Shown here: in pieces, positions 25,080 through 34,268 of the stretch | Position numbering within the stretch: position 1 is the first letter of the stretch | How the letters are laid out: each line of letters begins with the position of its first letter | NCBI GenBank assembly: GCA_964414725.1 | Contig: CAYPXS010000002.1 | Coordinates: 1-37,602 of the forward strand | Origin: an uncultured Dehalococcoidia bacterium | GTDB lineage: Bacteria > Chloroflexota > Dehalococcoidia > Lucifugimonadales > UBA826 | Reading direction: 5' to 3' | DNA length: 37,602 bases | Notes under the pieces: model-generated | Seen by the model: the letters and a program-made list of their open reading frames with translations, nothing else | Told to the model about the DNA's origin: nothing | The model's database searches: none | Translations under genes and position numbers: made by a program

Positions 25080-27333
25080 ACATAGTGATTACTCTCCAAC
25101 GGTCGGCACTTCTTATGTTCGTACTGACTTAAAAGGTAAAGTTTTAGGTACCGCCAAATATACAGCGGATTTATCTTTGCCGAATATGTTGCATGCTCGT
25201 ATTCTTCGGAGTCCCCATCCGCATGCAAATATTTTGAGTGTTGACATAGACGCTGCCTTGGAAATGGATGGTGTTTTCCATGTATTGACCCCTTTTAATG
25301 TGCTTAAAGGAAAAGTAGCTCCTGATGTTCCGATTTTGGATAGCAGGGTTAGGTTTGTAGGGGACGAGGTTGCTGTGGTAGCGGCAGTTAGTATTGAGCG
25401 AGCCCAAGCTGCTATTGATCTGATTGAAGTTTCCTACGAAGTCTTACCATTTTCTACAAATGTTCACGACTCGCTGGGTTCGACAAATTTTCCAATACAT
25501 CCGCAGGGCAACTTGGTCAATGGTGCTCCTTTGGTCGAAGCCAGAGGAAATATCGAGGAAGGATTTAATCAGGCAGACTATGTTGTGGAAGATTCATTCA
25601 CTACCCCTGACCATCATCCGGCTTCTTTGGAGCCACGCGCTGCTCTTGCTTCATGGGATGGTTCACGCTTAACAATGTGGAAACCTAGTAGAGGAATTCA
25701 TGGAGATAAGAATATTTTGGCCTCCGCATTGGATCTTAATCCTCACAACATTACAGTTATAGGACCTGCCATGGGTGCAGGCTATGGCAGTAAGGATGAA
25801 ACTCGTACCTCTGTATTGGCAGCCCTACTCTCCATTAAAACGGGTTATCCAGTGAAACTTGAATTGAGCAGAGAAGAAGAATTTTTAGCGGGAAGGAGGA
25901 GACACTCCACTTTCACAAAAATTCGGATGGGTATCAAAAAAGATGGCACAATAACCGCTGTGCACGCTAAAACGATTATGGATACAGGCGCATATCTTTC
26001 CTCGGGACCTGGTGTAGTAAGAAGAGCCGGTCAAGGTGTTCTCTACCTGTACAAATGCCCGAATGTAAAGTATGAAGGTCAAATCGTATATACGAACACT
26101 CCAACAGCTGGGTCTTATCGGGCCTTAGGGGCACCGCAGGGACACTTTGCTCTTGAATCTTTATCAGATAAAGCGTCCGAGAAGTTAGGCATCGATCCAC
26201 TGGAATTTCGTCTTAAAAATCATGTTGGGCCTGAAGGACAACCTGGTGAGAGAACAACGCCCATGAATCAGATAATTGACACACAGCCGGTAGAGGGAGG
26301 AATTCCCTTTTCCAGTAATGAATTGCGCCAGTGTCTAAAACTTGGGGCAGATGCTATTGGTTGGGATAAAAGGGGTAATATTCAAAACTCATCTGGGCCT
26401 ATTCGAAGGGGGATGGGTATGAGTATGTTTATTTACAGAGGGGGTCCTGGCGGGCAATCAAAAGCGGAAATGTCTTTAGATCAAGATGGATTTTTTACTT
26501 TAAATGTAGGATTTATGGATGTTGGAGAAGGGAGTTCAACAGTAGTCATACAAATGGCATCGGATACGTTAGGTGTACCCCCTGAAATGGTAAGAATTAA
26601 TGGTGGCAATACCGATAAAACGCCTGAATCTCCTATGACCGCTGGCTCAACTCTTACTTTTTCAGCCGGCCACGCAGCCACTGAGGCGGCTAAACAGCTT
26701 AGGGACATTGTTATCAATGCTAGTGTGGAGGCATTCGGATTAGGTGCCCCTGAAGAGCTGTATCTAAGCCCAACTGGGGTGGAGTCAAAAGATGGAGAGA
26801 GTATTAGTTTTTTGGATATAGTCCGCGAGACAGGACCTCTTACAACTCTGGCTTCTGTAATTCCAGGTAGCAAAGACTACATTGTTAATTCATTTGGGGC
26901 ACATTTTGCCGAAATTGAAGTAGATATAGAGACTGGGCATATAGAGATTATTAAATATGTGGCGGCTCATGATTCAGGGAGGATAATAAATCCAAGATTG
27001 GCGGAAGGACAGGTACGGGGGGGCGTTTCTCAAATGATGGGATTTACCTTTCTTGAGGATATGGAAATTGATCCTCTCAGCGGTATTACTTTGAATGCTA
27101 ATTTTTTAGAACATAAAAGTCCCACAATCATGGAGTATCCAGATATTGAAGTGATTTTTGCCGACTCGGTCGACCCTATTGGGCCATTTGGTGCGAAGTC
27201 ATTGGGAGAACCCCCTTGTATTGCCCCTGCACCGACTATTGCCAATGCCTTGTATCACGCTACTGGGGTGAGGATAAATGATTTACCGTTTACGCCAGAT
27301 AATGTTTTGTTAGCGATGAAAAATATCCAATGA
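25072..27333 (+). CDS. Molybdopterin-binding large subunit of a xanthine-dehydrogenase-family hydroxylase
   Basis: 753 aa. Family segments are GTAKYTAD, GAGYGSK (the GGGFGxK equivalent), SYRALGAPQG and the catalytic-Glu region AKSLGEPPCIAPAP. It overlaps the small-subunit gene by 8 nt. Confidence 0.9.
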   Translation: MNEHSDYSPTVGTSYVRTDLKGKVLGTAKYTADLSLPNMLHARILRSPHPHANILSVDIDAALEMDGVFHVLTPFNVLKGKVAPDVPILDSRVRFVGDEVAVVAAVSIERAQAAIDLIEVSYEVLPFSTNVHDSLGSTNFPIHPQGNLVNGAPLVEARGNIEEGFNQADYVVEDSFTTPDHHPASLEPRAALASWDGSRLTMWKPSRGIHGDKNILASALDLNPHNITVIGPAMGAGYGSKDETRTSVLAALLSIKTGYPVKLELSREEEFLAGRRRHSTFTKIRMGIKKDGTITAVHAKTIMDTGAYLSSGPGVVRRAGQGVLYLYKCPNVKYEGQIVYTNTPTAGSYRALGAPQGHFALESLSDKASEKLGIDPLEFRLKNHVGPEGQPGERTTPMNQIIDTQPVEGGIPFSSNELRQCLKLGADAIGWDKRGNIQNSSGPIRRGMGMSMFIYRGGPGGQSKAEMSLDQDGFFTLNVGFMDVGEGSSTVVIQMASDTLGVPPEMVRINGGNTDKTPESPMTAGSTLTFSAGHAATEAAKQLRDIVINASVEAFGLGAPEELYLSPTGVESKDGESISFLDIVRETGPLTTLASVIPGSKDYIVNSFGAHFAEIEVDIETGHIEIIKYVAAHDSGRIINPRLAEGQVRGGVSQMMGFTFLEDMEIDPLSGITLNANFLEHKSPTIMEYPDIEVIFADSVDPIGPFGAKSLGEPPCIAPAPTIANALYHATGVRINDLPFTPDNVLLAMKNIQ

Positions 27334-28313
27334 AAACCTTTACATTTAAGGAACCATCTGAATTGGAAAGAGCCTCCGATCTTTTGCGAAATGGGACCCG
27401 AGGTTATCTTTTGGCCGGCGGTACAGATCTTGTGACTGAGATGAAACAAGGGATAATTGAACCGCATCTTCTGGTTAGTACTTCCCAGATTCAAGAGATG
27501 TCCGACATAGAATGGGATCAATCTGGGGTGCGGATAGGCTCTATGGTTACACTTAGCGACATCGTTAGTCATGAGAGGATGAAAATCGAGGTAAAGAGTT
27601 TAGTTCAGGCCGCTGACTCTATCGCTACTCCACAGATACGAAACATTGCGACTTTGGGTGGCAATTTATGCCAGAGACCCCGGTGTTGGTATTATAGGAA
27701 TTCAAGATTCAACTGTATAAAGAAGGGTGGTACGAAGTGTTTTGCGGTAGGTGGATCCGACAAATATCATGCGATATTAGGTGGTCATTCTTGTTACATT
27801 GTTCATCCTTCTGATTCTGCGACAGCTCTAGTTAGCCTGAAGGCTAAAGTTGAGATTTTTAGGAAATCCCAAAGACTCACTGTTCCAATTGTTGATTTTT
27901 TTACAGGGCCAGAAATTGATGTGACTCGTGAGAACATTTTGGAACCGGGAGATATTCTGATTTCTATTCATATACCAAATGAATCTATGGAAGGCAGCAG
28001 TGTTTTTTTGAAAGCAAAGGAGAGGAAGTCTATGGATTTCGCTATAGTGAGTGTTGCGGCCATGATCAAGATCGAAAATGACAGGATCCGTCGAGTTGGC
28101 TTAACTGTTGGTGGTGTTGCCCCGGTACCCTGGAATCTGGACATTCTGGAAAGAAAATTAGTAGGGTTGAAAGCAAAGGATGTCGATATCAAGTCGCTTT
28201 GTTCAGGAGTCTTTAAAGATGCAAAAGTTATGGGACAAAACGGATACAAATTGCAACTGGCTCAGACATATTTGGAAAGATCATTAGATATGGTTTTGGG
28301 AAATTCTAATTAA
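27330..28313 (+). CDS. FAD-binding medium subunit of the molybdenum hydroxylase
   Basis: 327 aa. It has an AGGTDL FAD motif and a CoxM/XdhB-like length. It overlaps the large-subunit gene in an ATGA. Confidence 0.9.
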   Translation: MKTFTFKEPSELERASDLLRNGTRGYLLAGGTDLVTEMKQGIIEPHLLVSTSQIQEMSDIEWDQSGVRIGSMVTLSDIVSHERMKIEVKSLVQAADSIATPQIRNIATLGGNLCQRPRCWYYRNSRFNCIKKGGTKCFAVGGSDKYHAILGGHSCYIVHPSDSATALVSLKAKVEIFRKSQRLTVPIVDFFTGPEIDVTRENILEPGDILISIHIPNESMEGSSVFLKAKERKSMDFAIVSVAAMIKIENDRIRRVGLTVGGVAPVPWNLDILERKLVGLKAKDVDIKSLCSGVFKDAKVMGQNGYKLQLAQTYLERSLDMVLGNSN

Positions 28314-28386
28314 CAACTTTAAAATCCAGGCACTGGAGCTTGGAATGACTCTACATACTTCACTCTAGGAATTAAGGGAGACTTTA

Positions 28387-29187
28387 ATGAAGAGTTTCAA
28401 AAATCTATCATTTAGCGTAAATGACCACATTGGGTTATTAACTCTTGATAGGCCAGAGGTAATGAATGCTCTAAATCGGGAATTAACTCTGGAATTTCAT
28501 GAACTTTTAGATGAATTGCCAGGAAAATTTCCGGAAATCAGGGTACTAGTTATTACCGGTAATGGAAAGGCATTTTGTTCCGGTGCAGATTTATCAAGGA
28601 TGGGTGCTACAGGATCTGAGAATAGGAGGAGTAGAGATAGAACTTCTCAAGGTCGTAGGCGGATACAAGAGCTTGCACCAGCGATAAGAAATATACCTCA
28701 GCCAGTGATTGCGGCAATAAATGGCGCAGCAGTAGGTGCGGGTTTGTCTATTGCTCTCGCTACTGACATTAGGATCGCCACCCAAAAAGCTAGATTCTCC
28801 GCCATTTTTGTCAAAAGAGGTTTAGTGCCTGATACAGCGGCATCCGCGACAATAAAAGCGATAGCAGGTCATGGAGTTGCAGCGGAAATGTCATTAACTG
28901 GCAAAATATATGATGCTGAATGGGCTCTGTCCAAGGGTCTTGTGAATGATGTTGTGGAACCATCGAGTTTATTGGATAAATGTATGGAAATAGCTAGCGA
29001 AATTGCAGATAATCCACCGTTAGCGGTAAGACAAACAAAACAGTTGCTTCGGGTTAGAATGCAGGACTGGAATGAAATAGTTTCTGATGAAGATTCAGCC
29101 GGGGAAATGCTTTATGACACGGAGGATCAAAAAGAAGCGGTTAGGGCTTTTTTGGAAAAAAGAAAACCTAAATATGTGGGCAAATAA
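28387..29187 (+). CDS. Enoyl-CoA hydratase/isomerase (crotonase-fold) protein
   Basis: 266 aa. Crotonase-fold segments are LTLDRPEVMNALN, FCSGADL, PVIAAINGAAVGAGLSIALATDIRIA and a C-terminal EAVRAFLEKRKP. AGGGAG precedes the ATG. Confidence 0.9.
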   Translation: MKSFKNLSFSVNDHIGLLTLDRPEVMNALNRELTLEFHELLDELPGKFPEIRVLVITGNGKAFCSGADLSRMGATGSENRRSRDRTSQGRRRIQELAPAIRNIPQPVIAAINGAAVGAGLSIALATDIRIATQKARFSAIFVKRGLVPDTAASATIKAIAGHGVAAEMSLTGKIYDAEWALSKGLVNDVVEPSSLLDKCMEIASEIADNPPLAVRQTKQLLRVRMQDWNEIVSDEDSAGEMLYDTEDQKEAVRAFLEKRKPKYVGK

Positions 29188-30623
29188 TGTCGAAACCAAA
29201 CATTTTAGTAATATTTACTGATGACCAACGGTTCGATACTGTGCACGCTCTTGGCAACGATAAAATATCGACCCCCAATATGGATTGGCTAGTTGAAAAT
29301 GGTACAGCTTTTACCAATGCTTACATTATGGGAGGAACAAATACAGCTGTATGCATGCCTAGTAGAGCCATGTTGATGACAGGGCGAACACTTTTTCATC
29401 TTGTGGATTCGGGAGAGACCATACCCGAGGACCATATCATGTTGGGTGAAACGCTCCGTAAATCTGGTTATCACTGTTGGGGTACGGGGAAATGGCATAA
29501 CGGAACCGAATCGTACATTCGAAATTTTCAAGATGGTGCTGATATTTATTTTGGTGGTGGCTACGATCACTGGATGGTACCAGTGCATTCTTATGATCCA
29601 TCGGAACAATATACAGGTCGAATATCAAGAGAAATGGTACCTTTGCATGAATACGAGCCGATAGAAACCTATAAAAGTCGGGTTGAATCATATCGGATTC
29701 CTGTCTTATTGGAAGAGAAGATTGCTAACCATATCCATGCAGGACAACATTCTACTGACCTATTTGCTACCCAAGCGGCGGAATTTATTTATAACTATGA
29801 AAAAGACGATCCGTTTTTTGCGTATGTAGCCTTTATGGCTCCTCATGATCCAAGGACTACCCCACAAAAATTTTATGATATGTATTCTGTAGATGATTTA
29901 GATATTGAAGAAAATTTCATGACTGAGCATCCTTTTGACAATGGTGAACTTGATGCTAGAGACGAGTTTTTAGCTGCAGTTCCTAGGGAGGAATCAGAAG
30001 TAAAGAATCATATAGCGGAATATTACGCTATGGTCTCCCATCTTGATTCACAAGTAGGTCTGATTTTGGATGCTCTTAGAGAATCGGATCAAATTAGTAA
30101 CACCATCATAGTACTTGCTGGTGATAATGGACTTGCTTTGGGAAGGCACGGTCTATTTGGTAAACAGAATTTGTATGATCACAGTGTTCACATTCCAATG
30201 ATATTTTGTGGACCAGGAATTCCCAGTGAAACCTTGAGAGATTCATTAGTTTATACAGTAGACGTATACCCTACTTTATGTGAAATGGCTGGTATTGATA
30301 TTCCGGAAAGTGTCTTGGGCAAAAGTATGATGAAGACGATAAAAGAAGAAGAAATTTCAACCCGTGACTACTTATACTATGCTTATAAGGATGTGCAAAG
30401 AGCAGTAACATATCAGGGTTGGAAACTGATTGAGTACAATGTTAATGGAGTCCGTTCCACCCAATTGTTTAACATTGCTGAAGACCCCGACGAGATACAT
30501 GATTTATCCGGCAATGTTGTCCTTATCGAAAAAGTGGTTGAAATGAGAGGGAAAATGCTGGAGGCTCGCGGGGAGTATGGAGATAATGTGGCACCTTTTG
30601 ACAAATTTTGGGAAGGATTCTAA
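29187..30623 (+). CDS. Sulfatase (Cys-type, formylglycine-dependent), no signal peptide
   Basis: 478 aa. It begins MSKPNILVIFTDDQR. The formylglycine motif is CMPSRAMLMTGR. Its start is coupled to the crotonase stop (TAATG overlap at 29185-29189). Confidence 0.9.
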   Translation: MSKPNILVIFTDDQRFDTVHALGNDKISTPNMDWLVENGTAFTNAYIMGGTNTAVCMPSRAMLMTGRTLFHLVDSGETIPEDHIMLGETLRKSGYHCWGTGKWHNGTESYIRNFQDGADIYFGGGYDHWMVPVHSYDPSEQYTGRISREMVPLHEYEPIETYKSRVESYRIPVLLEEKIANHIHAGQHSTDLFATQAAEFIYNYEKDDPFFAYVAFMAPHDPRTTPQKFYDMYSVDDLDIEENFMTEHPFDNGELDARDEFLAAVPREESEVKNHIAEYYAMVSHLDSQVGLILDALRESDQISNTIIVLAGDNGLALGRHGLFGKQNLYDHSVHIPMIFCGPGIPSETLRDSLVYTVDVYPTLCEMAGIDIPESVLGKSMMKTIKEEEISTRDYLYYAYKDVQRAVTYQGWKLIEYNVNGVRSTQLFNIAEDPDEIHDLSGNVVLIEKVVEMRGKMLEARGEYGDNVAPFDKFWEGF

Positions 30624-30634
30624 TAGCATCCGAC

Positions 30635-31069
30635 CTAAGGATTCCTCCAAATTTGACCTCTCTCCCTAACTTTTTCTAGTAATTTGAAGTTTTTTCCTTG
30701 TTCCAAGTCATATCCTTTTGGTTGAGGTGACTGACCTGTCATTCCAATCGCTTTGACCACCATAGGATTTGTGTAGTATCCGTTATAGGTGTGGCGAATA
30801 AGTTCGGCAAAAAAAAGGTTGTTGGAGCATTCGTATCTTTCTAGGAAGTCAATTTGTTCTTTCTCTTTGAGTAATAAAAAATCTTTGTCGTCTATATCTC
30901 TAAGACCTTCGACAAATAATCTGATCAATTTAGGTGTATGAGAAATGGCATTGTCGATGTGTTCGATGATATTGATTTTGGAAGGAGAAGGTAGAGGATC
31001 TACTTCTGGGATTAAAAGGTCCACTATTACAGCTAAAGTGTCTGAATTGCTTTTAGATAATGTTCTCAT
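30635..31069 (-). CDS. Gluconate 2-dehydrogenase subunit 3-like small subunit (no Tat motif)
   Basis: 144 aa. The N-terminal segment LAVIVDLLIPEVDPLPSPS...IEHIDNAI matches this family's pattern. It lies directly downstream of the GMC gene. No twin-arginine signal is present. Confidence 0.6.
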   Translation of the reverse strand: MRTLSKSNSDTLAVIVDLLIPEVDPLPSPSKINIIEHIDNAISHTPKLIRLFVEGLRDIDDKDFLLLKEKEQIDFLERYECSNNLFFAELIRHTYNGYYTNPMVVKAIGMTGQSPQPKGYDLEQGKNFKLLEKVRERGQIWRNP

Positions 31070-31108
31070 GAGAATATTCCTAGTATGATTCTGATTCCCT
31101 AGTAGAGG

Positions 31109-32701
31109 TTATTTTGATTTTGAGATGACATGGTCTGCAATATGCAATGCTAGGGCTTGGATGGTGGAGGTTGGATTAACCGCTCCAGCTGTGACGAATA
31201 TGCTTCCGTCTATAACGAATAGATTATCTATATCATGAGTTTGGCCATACTTATTTACGACGGAATTCTTTGGGTCGGTACCCATTTTTGTGGTACCCAT
31301 CAGGTGCCATCCAGCTTCTCTTTTTAGGGGATCATGTGTAACTTCTGTTGCACCTGCTGCTTTCATAACTTGAGTTGCTGTTCCTACCCCATGATCCAAC
31401 ATTTTGCGACTATTATCACTTAGTTGGTATTGAATTTTTGGGGAGGGTATACCGAATGAGTCAGAAAGATTTGCATCTATAGTGACTTTATTATGTGTTT
31501 CTGGTAAGTCTTCTCCTATCACTGCGAAGGTAATAGTTCGGTTAAACCGTTTTTTGAAAGCCTCGTGGTGTTTTTTACCCCAGGGTACATGGCCACTGAG
31601 AGCTGTTGCTAAAGGAGCCGAAGAGCGTACCACTTGGTATGCATAGCCCCTCACAAAATCTCTGGCGTGGTCTGTCTCGTAAAACTCTGAGCATATTATA
31701 TTTAATGGTGTCGGACCTTTGTGTCCTTCTAAGTCTTCGTCAAATATGCCAGTCACAATAGAATAAGGATGAAACATCAAATTTTTTCCTACAAGACCGC
31801 TTGAATTCGCTAAACCTTCAGGAAATTTGGTTGAGGTTGAATTCAGTAGAATTCGGGGGGTTCCGATACCGTTTGCTGCTAACACAATGGTTGAAGCATA
31901 TTGTTCTTGGATGTTGCCATCGGAGTCATAGTATATTGCACTTTTTGCCTTACCATCCCTATCCACAGTGATTTCCCTTACACGCGCGTTGGTAACTAAT
32001 CGTGCACCTAGTTTCATCGCTTTGGGCCAGTAGGTAACATCCGTACTCGATTTGGCTTTTATAGAGCATCCCAGATCACAGGGTCCGCAATTGTTACAGC
32101 CGGGCCGGCCATCGTATTCCACAGTATTTATTGCTGAATCGGAAGGCCACCAATGCCAACCTAATTTGTCGAATCCATGAGTGATTTTATCTCCCAACTT
32201 GCCTAAGCCTATAGGAGGGGTTTGTCTCGGTGATTTGGGAGGGTAGGCAGGGTCACCAATGATACCTGCTACTCCCATCATCTTGTCATTCAAATCAAAA
32301 TACGGTTCAAGTTCAAAATATGAAATAGGCCAATCATCGGCGACGTGATCTAGAGTTTTAACTCTGAAATCAGATGGTTTTAATCGGGGGAAGTGAGCAG
32401 ACCAATGAATGGTGCTACCCCCAACTGCGTTGTACATTAACGGTGCTATAGGGCTTTCGGTATCGTTAATCGGATAGTCTACATTCAAGGATCTAAAATT
32501 AGGATTTGGATTAAAGTTCGTTTGTCTATGTATTTCCCAATCTGAGTCTGATGTTGAATAGTCAGTTAATGGGTTTATCCAATCACCTTGTTCCAGACAC
32601 ATCACCTTAATTCCGGATTTTGCTAATTTCCAAGAGAATGCTGCGCCCGAGGCACCTGCCCCTATGACCAAAACGTCTACCTTATCATTTTCAATTCCCA
32701 A
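31109..32701 (-). CDS. GMC-family FAD-dependent oxidoreductase
   Basis: 530 aa. It has an N-terminal DVLVIGAGASGAAFSWKLAKSG Rossmann motif and a C-terminal GTTKMG...NLFVIDGSIF GMC signature. The start is a TTG with AAGGAGA 5 nt upstream. Confidence 0.9.
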   Translation of the reverse strand: MGIENDKVDVLVIGAGASGAAFSWKLAKSGIKVMCLEQGDWINPLTDYSTSDSDWEIHRQTNFNPNPNFRSLNVDYPINDTESPIAPLMYNAVGGSTIHWSAHFPRLKPSDFRVKTLDHVADDWPISYFELEPYFDLNDKMMGVAGIIGDPAYPPKSPRQTPPIGLGKLGDKITHGFDKLGWHWWPSDSAINTVEYDGRPGCNNCGPCDLGCSIKAKSSTDVTYWPKAMKLGARLVTNARVREITVDRDGKAKSAIYYDSDGNIQEQYASTIVLAANGIGTPRILLNSTSTKFPEGLANSSGLVGKNLMFHPYSIVTGIFDEDLEGHKGPTPLNIICSEFYETDHARDFVRGYAYQVVRSSAPLATALSGHVPWGKKHHEAFKKRFNRTITFAVIGEDLPETHNKVTIDANLSDSFGIPSPKIQYQLSDNSRKMLDHGVGTATQVMKAAGATEVTHDPLKREAGWHLMGTTKMGTDPKNSVVNKYGQTHDIDNLFVIDGSIFVTAGAVNPTSTIQALALHIADHVISKSK

Positions 32702-32745
32702 TCGGGTCTCCTTCTGGTTTTTGCGAGGTGTCAGGAGTTGGATAT

Positions 32746-33051
32746 TTAAGCGGACTCCAGAATTTCGGTGATATGTGTGTTGTCCAAAAGCGGATATATT
32801 TTTTCAAATATAGAAGTTATTTCCTCGGTGTGTCTGACAATATCTCTAGAATTATTGTAATCCTCAAGAGATTTCCATTCTTGAATAGTAACCACAGTTC
32901 CATGTGGTCCCAAGAATTTTCTATAGATTTTCACTTCGGGAAGGCCGATTGAAATGGTGTTTTTGTTCACCATTTTTAGAAGATCAGTTAGACCTCCTTT
33001 ACCAGGTTTCGGAGTGTAGGTTCGTTGGACAATTAACACATTTACCCTCAC
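32746..33051 (-). CDS. Hypothetical small protein (possible ferredoxin-like/ABM-type fold)
   Basis: 101 aa. It lies 44 nt upstream of the GMC gene on the same strand. The alternating beta-alpha pattern (VNVLIVQRTY...TVVTIQEWKSLEDY) is suggestive only. Confidence 0.4.
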   Translation of the reverse strand: MRVNVLIVQRTYTPKPGKGGLTDLLKMVNKNTISIGLPEVKIYRKFLGPHGTVVTIQEWKSLEDYNNSRDIVRHTEEITSIFEKIYPLLDNTHITEILESA

Positions 33052-33164
33052 TTTAAAATTAATTGGTATCTAAAAAATTATTTGCAGATTATTATAATTT
33101 TTCATTAAATTGAAATATTATTCCTAAATCAACATTTATTGAAGAAAAATGGTAAAGATAATTT

Positions 33165-33989
33165 GTGTCTACTCTCAATGAGAAACAGGTATTAGAGATT
33201 TTTGATGAAGGCGGGAGTCTTTCTGGTCAAGACCTCACGGGCTTAAATCTACACAGAGCAGTTTTAAGTGGTGTTGATTTGTCTGGTGCTGACCTTCGTG
33301 GGATCAATTTCAGGGGAGCTAATTTAAGTGGCTCTAATTTGTCCAATGTTAAATCATCTGAAGGTATTTTAGCGGAAGCAAATCTAAGGGATTCAGATCT
33401 TAGCGGCTCAGATCTTAGCGATACTTATTTGATGGAAGCTCGCTTATATGCTTCCGATCTATCTAACTGTGACCTAACGGGGTCCAATATGAGCGGGGCA
33501 TTTATGACCGGAGGAGTAAACCTATCTAACTCTTCGTTAGTTAGCTCTAACCTACGCGGAGCTGATTTGTCTGGTGCAATAATTCAAAATACAGATTTGA
33601 CTATGGCTACTCTGAGGAGCGCTAAATTGATAGGTGCGGATGCAAGTTCTTCTGATTTCACATCAGCTTCTTTAAATGGCTCAGATATGACCCGAATAAA
33701 TCTCACGGGTTCCATATTGGCTAATGCGGTTTTAAATTCATCCAAATTGGAATTTGCCCGCTTGGACAATGCTGATTTAACTGAAGCTAGTTTGAGAAGG
33801 TGCATGCTCAGGGGAGCTAGTTTGCAAATGGCCAAACTTATAAAAGCCAATCTTGTTTTTACAGATTTTCAGGAAGCGGATTTGACCTTGGCAGACCTTA
33901 CAGAATCTGATCTAAGAGGAGCGATACTACTTGGAGCTAATTTGAAATGGACAGATCTCAGTCTAACTGAGTTTGATAGAGCCAATTAA
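33165..33989 (+). CDS. Pentapeptide-repeat protein
   Basis: 274 aa, made almost entirely of A(D/N)LxG-type pentapeptides (LSGADLRGINFRGANLSGSNLS...). No signal peptide is present. The start is a GTG, so the N-terminus is uncertain. Confidence 0.85.
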   Translation: MSTLNEKQVLEIFDEGGSLSGQDLTGLNLHRAVLSGVDLSGADLRGINFRGANLSGSNLSNVKSSEGILAEANLRDSDLSGSDLSDTYLMEARLYASDLSNCDLTGSNMSGAFMTGGVNLSNSSLVSSNLRGADLSGAIIQNTDLTMATLRSAKLIGADASSSDFTSASLNGSDMTRINLTGSILANAVLNSSKLEFARLDNADLTEASLRRCMLRGASLQMAKLIKANLVFTDFQEADLTLADLTESDLRGAILLGANLKWTDLSLTEFDRAN

Positions 33990-34059
33990 AATTGATTGCA
34001 TGGAAAACTTGATTGAAGATCGACAATGATTTTTTTAGTATTACGGATAGGTAAATTAA

Positions 34060-34233
34060 AACAGGTTAGCTGGAGTTTATAAATGTAATTATTCAGACCA
34101 ATTGGAATCAATTGATTCTGAAGGGTGTGTTGGTTTACCTCAAGGTCCAGGCTTGGGAGTGGAATATGATTTGGCAAGTAATAGAAAGGTACCAAATCGC
34201 AGAATTTGTAATAGATTAGCTCTTAATAGTTAA
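34060..34233 (+). pseudogene. C-terminal relic of an enolase-superfamily (mandelate racemase/muconate lactonizing enzyme-like) gene
   Basis: A 57-codon open frame with no start codon translates to ...QLESIDSEGCVGLPQGPGLGVEYDLASNRKV... The dG-x-V-x-P-x-GPGLGVE-x-D segment is the characteristic C-terminal end of MR/MLE family proteins. The preceding roughly 320 aa are absent. Confidence 0.5.
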
Positions 34234-34268
34234 AGATTAGATGAGGGTATTGATATAAACGGCTTTGC

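Noticed and set aside
24591-28313. Aerobic carbon-monoxide dehydrogenase (CoxSLM)
   Set aside because: The subunit set resembles Cox. However, the large subunit lacks the form I active-site loop (VAYRCSFR) and the form II AYRGAGR variant; the equivalent region reads GSYRALGAPQG. No coxDEFG-type accessory genes are present. I call it a generic xanthine-dehydrogenase-family hydroxylase.
33990-34050. Intrinsic terminator after the pentapeptide-repeat gene (T7 run at 34031-34037)
   Set aside because: The T-run is preceded only by a 4-bp ATTG/CAAT stem with mismatches, which is too weak to call.
33986-34195. 69-aa minus-strand ORF in the pentapeptide/cyclophilin gap
   Set aside because: It lies antisense to the enolase-superfamily relic, has no SD and no recognisable motifs. 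It is probably non-coding.
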